Source: Chiloscyllium plagiosum
Lineage: Eukaryota
Direction: 5' to 3'
NCBI RefSeq assembly: GCF_004010195.1
Contig: NC_057751.1
Span: forward strand, 13,855,428-13,919,427
DNA: 64,000 bases
Below the pieces are notes generated by a model. It worked only from the letters and a program-made list of their open reading frames with translations, did no database searches and was not told the origin of the DNA. Positions 49,191 through 62,844 of this stretch are shown here, one piece after another (position 1 is the first letter of the stretch; each line of letters begins with the position of its first letter). The position numbers were made by a program, and so were the translations under genes.

Positions 49191-51229
49191 TAAAATTGGA
49201 TTCTGGCTACAGTGGCATTTTTAGTCTGAATGTCCAAAATATCGAAAAAGAGGGAGGTTTAAAGGGCTATCTTAAGGGACGAAAGAACAAATTGAAAGAT
49301 GGAGAGGTCTGGGGAGAGAATTCCAGAGCTTGGGAATAAGGCAGGTGAAAGCTAAGCCCCCAGTGATGGGAGTGATTAAAATCAGAGCTGCTGAAAATGC
49401 TATAGTTAGATGACAGCATACATCTCAGATGCTTATGGGGCTGAAGGGAATAACAGAGGTAGGGGAGGGTGAGGGGCTCGAAGCAGTTGATGTCAGGGAT
49501 GAGAATTTTAAATTGAAGGGGTTGCTTAACTGTGAGCCAAATGAAAACGGGGCTGGGGGTGGGGTGGAGGTGAAGTGGACAGGTGAACAGGACTTGTTGT
49601 GAGTAAGGACACCGTCACTTGAGTAAAGCAAGTAACTTCACGTGACAGGTAGACACTGGATCATATTGGCCTCATGGAGTCATAAACTTTATGTGATTAG
49701 AATTTCCTGCAGGAAGACAGTCATGACTTTTCCAAGGCCAGATTTAAACACTTAACCATTTGAACTACCACTTTTTCTCCCCTTCCCCCCACTCCCCCAA
49801 GCACCTTCCCATGACTGGAATTTGAACTCAGCCTCTGCAAGATGCCGACCCTGAACATCAAGTTCATGTGAAGCATTGTTGCCTCTGATCCATTGGTCTG
49901 TCCAGCTCAGTTATTGTTTCCAGCAGGAAAGATTTGTCAGCGTTTTAGAATCAGGTGAATTCTGCTCCATTGATTTCCATCCTGTCTCCTTCCACTGCTG
50001 TGACTAATCTTACCATTAGCTGTTCTTGAGCTGATGCAGTATAAAGCCGAGCAGACAGGACGATGATTCATGCTATTGATTTATAGATTTCCAAGTAGTC
50101 TTTTACTGACAGTCATAGACACAATTCAAACAATAACAATTACCACTTTTATCCTTGCTTCAACACATCTCACAGCCATTGTATAGCTTAAACACAGGAT
50201 TGAGAGTACAGGGGTATCCCAGTAATGCCACAACAAAGAGCACAGCCTAAGATGTATCAGGTCACACATACTAGTTCAAGGGTCACTGTCATCTTGCAGT
50301 GATATTGTGTAGAGGAATCTGTGTAAGGTTGAAACAAAGGTCCTCTGACATGGCAGAAAGGTAGAAGCTTGTTCTAGTTTCCACAGCTGCGATTCCATGC
50401 AGTCCTCAGATACCAGCTTGTGACGGCACTTTAGCAGTGGCTGTTAACGTCAAGAAACATGGACATCACTTGTCACTTTTAACTGGTCTATTCCACATGC
50501 ACAGAGATTTTGTGTGGAGATCACAAAGGTAAGGCAGTGTGTAGCAGTCTCGTACTGCGTTTGAAAGTGACAGGAAGTTTCATGACGATGTGCATCTCCA
50601 CAGCTCGTGGACATCATATGGTTCGGTTACCGCCCTGTCGGGAGGTGTGCAGTGCAAAATCAAACCCACTGTTCCACAAGTCATCGCAAGTGTGAAATAT
50701 GACTAATGTGATGACCAGGGTGGTCAATACCTGTCTGAAATAAAATAAACCTCACATCAGGTTTCATCAATTGACAAGAAACACAACCTGAAATGTGACA
50801 AAGATTATTAATGACAAATAAAAACTGTAACTGCACTCCCTTTAAATCCAAGCATGCACACAATCATTCACATGTAAGGCGGACGAGATAGACGGTTTCA
50901 CAGGGATATTGTGGGTGGCAAATATTGGCAAAACATTTGTGAATCAAGAGTCCAACCCACAAGGTGAAACGAGGTGCCTTTCTCACAGGTCTTTTAGTTT
51001 TTGGTAATTTATCGTATTGTTGTTGAACACTTGGTGTAGACAGTGGCATACATTAGAAATGTATCTTTTGAGACGTTTTGATTTCCAGTCACAGAAGTGT
51101 GTGTCTCTGTGTGTGTGTGTGTAAGTGTATAAAGTTACTTGCTCCTGTGTCTACCTTTTCTCCCTACTATCACAGGGATACTACTCACTGTAACTGCGCA
51201 CACCTCTCACCTAAGCTCATGGACACCAA

Positions 51230-52960
51230 CTGTCACTGTTTTATGTCTCATGTCCACTCAACTATTCTCACCAACTGCGTTCTCCCAAACCATCCCCTTG
51301 TTTGTTTCATTGCTAATAACCAGGACCAAGAAGTCCGAGACTGGTCTTGATGTCAAAGGCTGTCACTCTCACCTCACCAATGGAATTCAGCTCTTTTATC
51401 CATGTTTGAACCAAGGCTGGAATGAAGTCAGGAACTGAGTGGATCAAATCAGATGTCAGTGAGCAGGTTATTGCTGAAAATGACAGCACTATTGATGACA
51501 CCTTCCAGCACTTTACTGATGATCAACAGTAGACTGGATAGGGTGGAGTTGGGTGGGTTGGATTTGTCCTGCTTTTTGTATGGAGGACGTATCTGGGCAA
51601 CTTTTGACATTGTCGAGTAGACGCCAGTGTTGTAACTGTACTGGAGCAGCTTGGTTAGGGGTACGGTGAGGTTTAGAGCACAAGTCTTCAGTACTGTTGC
51701 CAGAATGTTGTCAGGGCCGAAAGTAGTACCTTCAACCATTTCTTGCTATCATGCGGAGTGAATCTAATTTTATGAAGACCGGTCTCTGTATTGGCAGGCA
51801 CCACTAGATGAGGCTGAGATAGATCATCCACTTAGCATTTCTGACTGAATATTGTTGCAAAAGTTGCAAGCATTATCTTTTGCACTCATGCTGTGCTCCT
51901 CCACTATTGAGCATGGGGATATTTGTTGAGTCTCCTCCTCCAGTGAGTTTTTTTTTAATTGTCCATCACCATTCATAACTGGATGTGGCAGGAATGCAAA
52001 GCTTAGATCTGATTCATTAGCTGTGGATTTGCTGACCCCACTTGCTGTTTGTGGTATTGGATGTGTAAGTGCTCTTGAGTTATTGCTATACCAGGTTGAC
52101 ATCCAATTTTTTAGGTTCCTGGCTTCTACATTCTTCATTGAACAGACTGATCTCTTGGCTTGATGGGAGAGGAGGAGATATACTGGGCCAAGAGATTGCA
52201 GATTGTGTATGAGTATGATTCTACTTCTAATGATGACCACAGCACCTCAGCCTGGTCTTGAGTAGCTACATCTGTTCAACACCTGCCCCATTTTGCACAG
52301 TGATGATGCCACACACCACAATGGAGGGTATGCTCAATGTGAAAATAGGACTGCATTTCCACAAGGATAGTTACCGATCTGTAGCAGGCTATTGGTACGG
52401 ATGAGGTCAAGTGTGTTTCTTCTTGGTTCCCTCACTACATGCCACTGACCAAGTCCAACAGCTGTGTCCTTTAGTCGAGTTAGTAATGGTGGTGTGAAGC
52501 CATTCTTTATATGGAAGTCCCTATTCAGAGCATATTCTGTGCCCTTGCCATGGTCAGTAGTTCCTCTGAGTGGTGTGCAACATGAAGGAGTAGTGGTTCA
52601 TCAGCCGAGAGGAGGTAGGACATGGTAACCAGCAATAGGTTTTCTTGCCCATGTTTAACCTGAAGCCATGAGACTTCATGAGGGTCTGGAGTCAGTGTTG
52701 AGGACTCTCAAGGTACTCCCTTCCAACTGTATATCATAGTGCCGCCCTCTCAGCTGGGTCTGTCCTGCCAGTGGAACAAGATATATCCAGGGATGGTGGT
52801 AGTGATGTCTAGGACATTGTCTGAAGGGTATAATTCCATGAGTTGGGCTATTGCTAGACTTGTTTGTGAGACAGCTGTCCCAATTTTGACGCTAGTCCCC
52901 AGATATTGGGAGAAAATATTTGGAGAGTCAACATGGCATTGTTTGTTGGCATCATTGCCA
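51230..52960 (-). mobile_element. CR1/L2-group LINE ORF2 (endonuclease to RT start), decayed
   Basis: TIPGYILFHWQDRPS; GPDNILATVLKTCA...PLTKLLQYSYNTG; KKQDKSNP; IISKVLEGVIN. Confidence 0.85.
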
Positions 52961-53047
52961 TTTCTTTTCATCGGTGTCAGGGGTTACTTCACTATCATTC
53001 CACTTTTCCTTTCTCGGTGATGTAACTGAGTGACTAACTGGGTCGCA

Positions 53048-53249
53048 AGAAGTACTGCAGATGCTGGAAGTCAGAGTCAATAAATGTGAAGCTGGAAAAA
53101 CACAGCAGGTCAGACAGCATCCGAGGAGCAGGCAAGTCAACATTTCAGAGTCCTATTGAAGGGTTTCACCTGAAACGTTGACTTGCCTGCTCCTCGAATA
53201 CTGTCTATCTACTAGGTTTTTCCAGCTTCACATCTATTGACTCTGACTT
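53048..53249. mobile_element. PLE family A-related fold-back element with a degenerate hammerhead
   Basis: Inverted arms from 53068 (AAGTCAGAGTCAATA) to 53249 (TATTGACTCTGACTT). The centre reads TGAAGGGTTTCACCTGAAACGTT. Confidence 0.82.
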
Positions 53250-53934
53250 TGTGGCCCATTTCAGAGGGCAAGTAAGGAGAATCAAGCACATTGTTGTGAG
53301 TTTGGAATCAAATAGACCTCAGGTAAAGACAGCTGACCTCTTCCATAAAGGGCATTACAAAAACACCAAAGTGAACCATGAATTGAACAAAGGTGGACTT
53401 TGTCTCCATGCTTTTTTGCACATGATTTATAGGTGCTGGAGTATGGCAATTTGAACACTTTTCACTGTATTTTTTGTAAAAATATAAATGACAATAAATT
53501 ATGATTCTGCTCTTTTCTAGCTAGGTTTTCCGATAATTGACAATGATTTCCTGGTCATGATTAGAGTTTTAATTCTCGATTTTTATTGGATTCGAAGTCC
53601 ACTATATGACACGGATTCTGAAAGCACTATCTGGTTCTGTGGATAACCAATTTAGCAACAATTCCACAAGGTCATGACCCGACCCAGTGTCCCCACTTTA
53701 CTCCCAAACCCCAATTGACTTTGGAAATTCCTCTGCCATTGTTGGCCCTAGCCCTCCATGTTAAGATGAGAGCTCTTGTAGCCTGTTTTAATCCCACCTT
53801 TTTGGAACTCCCTGTCCACTGCTATTGTCTGTGAAGCCGCACCCTCTTCATTGTCTTCAGAATTGATTTGTCTGTTTCCCCAAGGATTCCATGGACTCCT
53901 TATGATGTGCCCAGGACTGTTCTTCCCCAAACCC

Positions 53935-54448
53935 CAGGACTGCAGGAAGGATTTTGTGAAACTTGAAAGGGTTCAGAAAACATTTACAGGGATGTTGCCA
54001 GGGTTGGAAGGTTTGAGCTGCAGGGAGAGGCTAAATATGCCAGGGCCGTTTTCGCTGGAGTGTTAGAGGACGTGGGGGGAACCTGTTAGAGGTTTGTAAA
54101 ATCATGAGGGGCATGGATTGGGTGAATAGTCAAGATCTTTTCCCAGGGGTAGGGGATCCCAAAACGAGAGGGCATAGGTTTAAAGTGTGAGAGGAAAGAT
54201 TGAAAAGGGACCTCAGGGGCAAAAGGTAGTTTGTGTATGGAATGAGCTGCCAGAGGAAGTGGTGGAGGGTGGTACAATTACAACATTTAAAAGGCATCTG
54301 ACTGGGTGTATAAATAGGAAAGGGTTTAGAGGGATATGGGTCAAGTGCTGGCAAATGAGACTAGATTAATGTAGGATATCTGGTCGGAATGGACGTGTTG
54401 GACCAAAGGGTCTGTTTCCATGCTGTACATCTCTATGACTCTATGACT
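53935..54448 (+). mobile_element. HER1/CR1 3' fragment
   Basis: KLERVQKTFTGMLPGLEGLS, WNELPEEVV and a (CTCTATGA)n tail. Confidence 0.88.
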
Positions 54449-55506
54449 GAGCGTGGCCCATCCCCAGCACTGACCTAGCAGGAAAGACCCTCCTAAGTAT
54501 GGCCAAGCCCCTGTGTTGGTGTCTCCGCAGCACCATGACCTTCATACCTCTAATGGCCAGATTGGTCACACTTGACCTGGTGAATTGACTGTGGCCCAAC
54601 CCCTGGACTCTTCTTCCTCTGTTCTTCTTGGAGGGTGAAGCATCTGATTGACTGTGGCCAGCTCCATGGACTGGAATCAGACAGAGTTGTTGACAATGAT
54701 GGTACTGCTTGAAGAGCCTTGTCCATCTGACCCCACTAAAGACCGCTCGCTCCCTGTTGACTTTTAAATATTGCCATTGGCTTGTAGCCCATGCAGAATG
54801 TTTACGATGTAAACTGATGACAGATGTTACTGGTGTCACAGTGAAGTAGCATACAGCCACACAGTCCATCCCCTCGATTATTCAGTGCTCCCTGCTATGG
54901 CAAGCTGCCTGTGCTCCCTCTGATCAATTGGCAGCCCGTCGCTGAGCACTGAAATGCAGTGTGATCTTTACAGAGCCTGCAAAGTCCCATAAGTCAACAA
55001 GTGTACACTAAAAAAGGGGACAGTCCCCAAGTCAGTGGCAAAGTGAAAGACCACAAAGGAGGCAAGCCAAGAGCCATGTGATACCTTCTGCACAGATGCA
55101 CAAAATGCATATGAGAAAGATACTGAGCAAAAGCATGATGCTGTCCCTGCACTCTGCAGTGTGGAGACTGTAAACTCGAGTAAAGAGAACAAGAATGGTT
55201 CTTACCATTGATGAAATGTTGAGGTGGAATAGGAGACATGTCGCATATATAGAGACATTGCTGGAAAGAAACACTCAGATAATGGCAAGGATGAGCAAGC
55301 TGCAGTTGCCAAGTCCCCAGTGTGATGCCAGGAATGTGCAGTGTCTAGTTTCAAGGGAATGAAAAGAGAATTGGAAGTGGCGAAGAAATAAGGTGAGTTA
55401 ACGTAATAATAAGGTGCAAATGCGTGAAACAAGGTAGCTGCTACTTCTTGGTGAGATTCTGAAGTTGCTATTTCAGGCTTAAGGGAAAAATCACAAATGT
55501 TATTTC

Positions 55507-55757
55507 TTAAAAATCACACAACACCAGATTATAGTCCAACAGGTTGATTTGGAAGCACTTGCATCCGAAGCGCTGCTCCTTCATCAGGTGGCTGTGGAGT
55601 GTAAGATCAAAAGACTTCACAACTTCACAACCACCTGATGAAGGAGTAGCGCTCTGAAAGCTAGTGTGCTTCCAAATAAACCTGTTGGCCTATAACCTGG
55701 TGTTGTTTGATTTTTAACTTTGTATACCCGAGTCCAACACCGGCGCCTCCAAATCAT
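55507..55757. mobile_element. PLE family B fold-back element with a hammerhead motif on each arm
   Basis: Arms at 55507-55597 and ~55626-55717. The plus arm reads CAC-CTGATGA-AGGAGTAGCGCTCT-GAAA-GCTA-GTG (55632-55667). The minus-arm copy has lost GAAA. Confidence 0.88.
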
Positions 55758-56159
55758 GTTTTTTCTTGTCATCAAGGGTTTCTTTTAATATGGTGTTTTC
55801 CCAACTTGCTTACCATCGCTTACCAGCGAGAGTGGAATTGTGCCAGTTGTGTTAGAATATGGTGATAAGGTGTACTGTAGAATAAAATGTTCTTGTAATT
55901 CGCAATCCTAAATATATTTATAGACAAGCAAAGTTCCATTTTCATTGGTTATGGTAATTCTTTTTCTTTATTCAGGGGATGTAAGCATTGCTGAGAGCTT
56001 TGGAAAGGTATTTATGAACTCTATTTCTTGAACCGTTGTAGTACATGCAAACTCAGGGGTGAGGTTTCTGAGTTGTGGGAGCGAGTCTTAGTAGGCTCAA
56101 ATTTGCTACTGGGTACAGCCCAGAAGGGGCAAAATTATTTCCCCAGGGCTGACAAAATT

Positions 56160-57900
56160 CAGGGAATCACAGGAAGTATAACATCACAAATGAGGCTATT
56201 CAGTGAATTGTGTCTGCACCAACTCTCCAAATGAACATCTTAACTGAGTGGTATCCTCCTGTTTTTTCACTTCAACCTTGATTTCTATTTGAATAGTTAT
56301 CCAATACCCTCTTGAATATCCTGAACCATCTCGAAGACAATTTCCCCTGCATTCTGGACCCAAACCATTTGTGTGAAAATATCATTTTTTGCATGATTTG
56401 CTTCTTTTGCAAATCAGTTTAAATCTGTCCCCTCCTGTTCTTTAACAAATGGCAACAGATTCTCCTCATATGTTCTAACCACTCCCCTCATAATTTTGAA
56501 ACCTTCTGGCAGACCTCCTCTCAGTCTCCTTCCCCAAGGAGAACAGTCCCAACCTCTCCAATCCAACTCGTAACTGAAGTCTCTCATCCCACGAACCATA
56601 TTTGTAAATCACTTCTGAAGCCTCTCCAATGCTTCCACATCCTTCCTATAGTGCATTACCAGGAAGTGTACATAATACTCCCAACTGAGGTCTGTACAAC
56701 CATCTTCTACAAGTTCAACATCATCACCTTGCTCTTATATCTTATGCCCCTGTTAATAAAGCCCAGGAGAATACATACTTTATTAACTGCCCTCCACTTG
56801 CTCTGCCACCTTCAGTGATTTATGCACAGAACACCCAGACTCCTCCGCACCCCTTTCGAATTGTACTCCTTATTTAAATTGTCTGTCCAAGTCCTTGCTT
56901 CTAAAATGCATCATCTCACACTCGTCTCATTGAACTTCATCTGCCATGTCTCTGCCCACTCCATCAACCTGCCAATGTCCTTTTCAAATCCTAATCTATC
57001 CTCCTCAATTTATAATGCTTCAAAGTTTCACATCAGCCACAAATAAATAAGTCAATTAAACAGGGTTTCCTCTTTAGAGATACATGTGGCTTTAGGTCAT
57101 CAACCCATCTTTTACATGTGACTAGTATTTCTATCCCTAATAATTGTTTCTAGAAGTTTCCCCATCACTGAAATTGAATTGATTCATCTGTAGTTACTGG
57201 GCTTATCCTTACAACCATTTTAGACAAGAACATAATGTCCTTAATTCTCAGCACGGTGGCTCAGTGGTTAGCACTGCTGCCTCACAGCACCAGGGACCTG
57301 GGTTCGATTCCAGTCTGTGTGGAGTTTGCACATTCTCCCTGTGTCTGCGTGGATTTCCTCCCACAATCCAAAGATGTGCAGGCCAGGTGAATTGGCCATA
57401 CTGAATGACCTAGTCAGGGGTAAATGTAGGCTAGGTGAATGGGTCTGGGTGGATTACACTTCAGAGGGTTGATGTGGACTAGTTGGGCATACTGGAGGAA
57501 ATCTAATCTAATCGAATTCTCCAATCTTCTGGAAACTTCCCTGAGTCTGAGGAAGACTGGGATATTGCCAGTGCTCTTTGTATTTCCACTCTGACTTCCT
57601 TCAATATTCTTGGATGCATCTCATTTAGTCTCAAAATAAAGTGCCAACAGTCTATCCACCATTTCCCCCTTGTTAATTTTCAGCCTTTCTCCTCCTCAGT
57701 CACAATGGCCTGAGTACCATTATCTCTCTCGTAATAATAAATGCAAAGTATTCATTTAATACCTCAGCCATGCCTCTTACCTGCATGTCTAAACCCTCTT
57801 TTTGGTCCCTGCTTGGTTCTGTTTCTCCTTTTACCACTCCACTATTTGTAAGCCTCCAAAATTCTTTGGAATTCCCCCTTCATGTTTGCTTGCAGTCTTT
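56160..57900 (-). mobile_element. Decayed CR1 LINE split by an HE1-type SINE (57251-57512, +)
   Basis: The minus strand reads WAETWQMKFNETSVR and RRLRGGLPEGFKIMRG. The SINE head is CACGGTGGCTCAGTGGTTAGC. Confidence 0.75.
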
Positions 57901-59940
57901 TCACAGGATTCCTCTTTCCGTGCAGTTCCAATGCCTCTGTGACCCCTGCGTCAGGCGTGCAGGCCGCTGGACTCACCAGGTTTTAGAAGCGTCCCTTCCA
58001 CGCAGCTGAATTGTGCCTCTGTGACTCCTGGGTAAGTGGTGCCATCTCACGACTTGCCACTATTTCAAGCCTCCTGATCCAAGCTGCTCCCTTGCAGGTA
58101 TGATGCTCCTCTGACTCCTGCTTTGAGTGCTACCAAGCTTTCTCGCTCCTTCTTTTCATATATTTTTGTCCTATTCAATATCTTTTTATATTTACCCCAT
58201 GACTGTGATACTTGCAGTACCCTCTTCCTGATGGAATTTTAATGCAAGCAACTCCAAAGCACCTCAGCCGAGCTCCTCAGAAGATGATTTTTTTTTTTTG
58301 GTCACTATTCAGCCCCATCTCTTGATTACCATTTCAGCATTTATATGTTTCTTAAAATAAGTATGGGTTCCCTTTTTGGTTACCCACCACTCTGTCCATG
58401 CTTTCTTTGCTCTTAATTTCTTTTGGAGTATTTTCCTCCCTGTACTTTTATGTTCAACTTGATTTTTCACTGAATTATAAGCCCAACACGATATCGTATG
58501 CTTTCTGCGCTGTTTCATTTTCATGTCTCTGTCTGAAAAATTGGACTGTGCAATCTCTATTTTTCAATGCACCGTATCCTATGAATACTCAAAAATGATG
58601 CCTGAGATATGTTCCTGTACTTTCATAAGATGCCACCTTGGTAAAGGAGTTTGTGTACACAGACTTAATGACTGCAACATTTTAACACCAAAGTATGGCG
58701 CAGATTTGATGCCAGCACTGCATTTTTAAAAATTCTATATTTCCACCTAAACCCTTAACGTTGTGCCGCTGAATAATTAAATGATTTGGAAAGGCCCTTC
58801 CTCCTACCAACACAACTGTAAGAGATCATGAACTACTTACAGGTTAGTTGTTGTATTATTTCTTATGGGTGCTGGTGTAACTGTATGCACTGGCATTATA
58901 AAGCAATGGCCAGTGTGTGACTTTGCACTCCAGTGAGCTGGTACTTGTGCTTATCCTTTCCTCTCCCCTTTGCTTGCTCGTGTCCATTGTCTGGGAAGTG
59001 TGTCAATGAGTGTTTTTTCTAATATGTTTGAGTGATGTGGCTGTCATGATTGAGTAGCTGCCATTTGATGAGAACTGAGAGTATGTGGCGTTACATGCGA
59101 GGTAAACATGTGAGACGAGGGATTGGTTGAGGGAGTACCAACAGAGAGAAGGTTTCAGTTGAAGGGTGCTGAGATTACATAAGGTACTTAGCCAATGAGA
59201 TCACTCAGCTTTGTTCTGTATGCATCCATGTTCTCAAAGCAATTCCTGGCTTTTGCTATGACGACTTCCCTCTGCTTCTCAATGATGTGCCTGGAAAATC
59301 ATTTGTCTCTACCCTCTGAATATATTACATCTCTCCTACTTTCCATTTCTTAGACCAAGGCCTTCTGCACAGTATCTGAGGATACTGTCTCTCTCTATTT
59401 CTCATGTGTTCAGTCATTGCCCAAACTTCCATGATTCTGACCATACCTTGCAGCCATAGAGCAACTTTTGCTATCCAATGTCTGGTTTGCACATTGACAT
59501 TTCCGACTGTGTGTGCAGCCAGCCTTATAAGTTGGTTCTTATATTTCTTCTGACAGTTATTTACTTTCAATGAAGGAACCTTAATAGCAAAATAATTCAA
59601 AGAAAATATTATTGTCAGGGTATTATTGAAAAATGGATCTGCAACTTCATGATCTTTATCATGAAATGTGAATGGTTTGTACTAGAAGAATAACCTTATG
59701 TTCAGGGATTAAATGGTTTTGATCTGAATGAATGAATGAGATTTGATTCTCGAGTTTTGAGAACTGCTGATAACTATTACTGATAATCGCATTCAGTGGA
59801 GAGAGGAAAAGTTTCTATATTCTGAAAGAGCTACTGGTTGGCCACTGTGTGAATAAATTCATTCTTTAAAAAAATGACAGGAATTGCATCATGGTCCAAA
59901 GTGTTTCTTTGGTCAAATGTGTGTAACTGTGTCAAGTTTT

Positions 59941-60271
59941 GGGCGGCACGGTGGCACAGTGGTTAGCACTGCTGCCTCACAGTGCCTGAGACCCGGGTTC
60001 AATTCCCGCCTCAGGCGACTGACTGTGTGGAGTTTGCACGTTCTCCCCGTGTCTGCGTGGGTTTCCTCCGGGTGCTCCGGTTTCCTCCCACAGTCCAAAA
60101 AAGATGTGCAGGGTCAGGTGAATTGGCCATGCTAAATTGCCCGTAGTGTTAGGTAAGGGCTAAATGTAGGGGTATGGGTGGGTTTCGCTTCGGCGGGTCG
60201 GTGTGGACTTGTTGGGCCGAAGGGCCTGTTTCCACACTGTAATGTAATCTAATCTAATCTAATCTAATCTA
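59941..60271 (+). mobile_element. Near-intact HE1-type V-SINE
   Basis: A box TGGCACAGTGG, B box GGTTCAATTCC, a full CpG-rich V core, HER1 tail and (AATCT)5. Confidence 0.93.
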
Positions 60272-60460
60272 AAAGTTCAACACTTGTATGTGGACATTTA
60301 GCTGTATATTTGTTCTTAACTGTAAGTTTTGTCAAGTTTTATTTGAACTTTGGCTTAGAAAATAATTGCAGATGAGCGAATTCAACTTGCTCAACTTTCC
60401 TTCCAGTGACATCAGTTCTGGTACCTGACTGACCAGTGAACAAAACTCTTTTGTTTCTAC

Positions 60461-60560
60461 TGTTCTGACAAAGGGTCACTGGACTTGAAAGATTAACTTT
60501 GTTCTTCTCTCCATAGATGCTGCCAGACCTGCTGAGTTTCTGCAGTATTTTCAGTCTTTG
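60461..60560 (+). mobile_element. Third PLE-type terminal repeat with a degenerate hammerhead
   Basis: TTCTGACAAAGGGTCACTGGACTTGAAA...AGATGCTGCCAGACCTGCTGAGTTTC. A related piece lies at about 33390-33467. Confidence 0.55.
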
Positions 60561-60689
60561 TGTTGCTTCCACATTCCTGGTATTAGTGACAGTTATTTGC
60601 TGATGTCATTCCTGGAGTTCTATCTTGCACGACGTAGACGTGTTTTCCTGTGCAGCAGTTTAACGTACCAATATTACAGGCTCATCGTT

Positions 60690-61345
60690 CCCAAGATCAT
60701 AAACACATAAAATTTAGAAGCAATTTGGCCCATTAAATCTGTTCCACAATTCAATGAGGTCATGGCTGACGTGATATTCTTCAACTCCATTTTCCTGACC
60801 TTAGCCCCATCAACCTTGATTCCCTTACTGGATCTCAGCCCTGATCCAGTCTCAGCAACGTCCCACTTCAACTAATTCCACAGATTCGCTACTTTCTAAA
60901 AGACAACATTCCTCCTCATTTCTGTTTTAAATGGGTGATCCCCATACTCTGAGATGATGCCCTCTGGTCCTAGAATCTCCCCATAATGGGAAACAAACTT
61001 TCTACAACTACTCTATCAAGCCCCCAAAGAATTTTATATGTTTAAATAAGGTCATTTCTCAGTCTTCTGAACTCCAATCAGTTCAGGTCCAATCTACTCA
61101 AAACCACCAGCCAGAAAAATCCCTTAATACCTGGAATCAACCTTGTAAACCTTCTGTGAACTGCCTCCAGTGTCAGAATATTTTTCCTTCATTCAGGGGG
61201 CCAAAACTGTTCACAGTACCCCAATCTGATGAGAACCATATCTCACTTTATTTTTAAGCTATATTTTCTTCAAAATAAAGGCCAACAATCCATTTGCCTC
61301 CCCAATTAACTGCTGAACAGTGATGCTAGCTTTTTGTGATTCAGA
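60690..61345 (-). mobile_element. CR1 LINE 3' fragment
   Basis: The minus strand reads LEAVHRRFTRLIPGI, followed by a CR1-type tail. Confidence 0.75.
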
Positions 61346-61914
61346 AAGCAAAGCTGCGATCTTGTGATTCCGATTTTGGTTCCTCTAGGCCAGTCACCTT
61401 TTCAGGCTCCAGTATCTGTGTCGTCTCAATAATCAGTCTCCTGAAAGTCTCATAGCACATTTCAGCACTATACTCAAGGAATAAATGCACAATTAAGGTG
61501 CATTTTAACCTGAGCACTGTAGCTTCAGCTCTTCAACCTTGAACTTGTCTTCTGTTAATTCATCAATATAACTCAGCAGTGTTTTAGTTTTATTGATTGC
61601 TACTTTGAGACAACTCGATGCACTAAAATGTGTTTTCATCTTTCCTTCAAACTGGAATTCTCCAGTCCAGGCAACATGCTCTTCTAGTTATTTTACTGTA
61701 ATTGATCTGAGTATAGGGAAAACTGGAGCCAGTGCTTGAGTTCTTGATACAAATTCCACCACCGCTCTCCCTGGGTGGTGTAATTTCTTCTTCCTTCATA
61801 AACTTAACCTCATCCAAAACTTGCCTTTATTGGTCAGTGCATTGACTATAGGAGTTGGCAGGTCATGTTGCAGTTGTAAAGGACATTGGTTAGGCCACTT
61901 TTGGAATATTGATG

Positions 61915-62844
61915 GACAACTGCACCTCGTCCACAATGACGGTGAACACTGGAGCCTCCCTAGGGTTCCTTCTCAGCCCCTTCTGTCCTCCCTGGACACC
62001 CACAACTGTGTTGCTAAGTTCTGAACAAATGCCATCTACAAACACGCTGATGACACCACCACGGTAGGATGGATATCTAACAATGACTAGTCAAATTACA
62101 GAAGACAGACAGAGGGCTCGGTGACATGGTGCAATGAGAACAACTTCTCTCTCAATATCGGTAAAACAGAAGAACAGATCATTGGCTTCAGAAAGAAAGG
62201 AGGAGAACACATCCCCCATGTACACCAACGGAACGGAGGTTAAGTGGGAAAGCATCAAGGTGTGACGAGAATCAACAACCTGTCCCAGACTTTTCACGTA
62301 GATGCAACGCTCAAGAAAGCACAACAACGCTTCTTCTTCCTCAGCTTAGGAAATTTGCCATATCCATAAGGACCCTCACCAACTTTTACAGATGCACCAT
62401 ACAAAACAGAATATCAAGGTCCAGTATGGTCGAATCAGCCCAGAACTGTACAAAAATGCAAAGGATTGTGTGCACAGCCAGATCATCATGTAAGCCAACC
62501 TCTCATCTATGGACTCCATGTACACCTCTTGTTGCTGCAGAAGGCTGCCAACATCATCAAAGATGCACCCTAATCTGGGTAATGCTCTCCTACAACCTTA
62601 CAACCTCTTCCATCCGGCAGAAGATACAGAAGCTTGAACACGTGCACCAGTAGTTTCAAGAACAGCTTCTTCCCTGCTGTTATTAGACTGATGAATGGAC
62701 TCTCTAACTTCAAATAACGTTGATCTTTTTACTTTGATCTTGCTTCATGCACCTCCTTTGCAGTGTAAACTGCATGCCTCACTCTGACCAAGTTATCTTC
62801 ACCCTGTGATCTCTATGTCCTTGTTATGGTTATGTCCTTACTAT
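61915..62844 (+). mobile_element. Rex1/Babar-type LINE RT 3' region; its 3'UTR resumes at 63612-63690
   Basis: THNCVAKF*TNAIYKHADDTTTVGWISNND, LVTWCNENNFSLNIGKTEEQIIGFRK and FKNSFFPAVIRLMN. Confidence 0.85.

Noticed and set aside
54441..54869. 142-aa minus ORF, possibly Harbinger-related
   Set aside because: No DDE or Myb/SANT motifs could be confirmed.
55207..55261. Minus-strand 55-nt exon candidate with acceptor and donor
   Set aside because: All three frames are open but none is recognisable, and no partner exons support it.
59941..60015. tRNA gene
   Set aside because: It is the tRNA-derived head of an HE1-type SINE and continues into the V domain and LINE tail.
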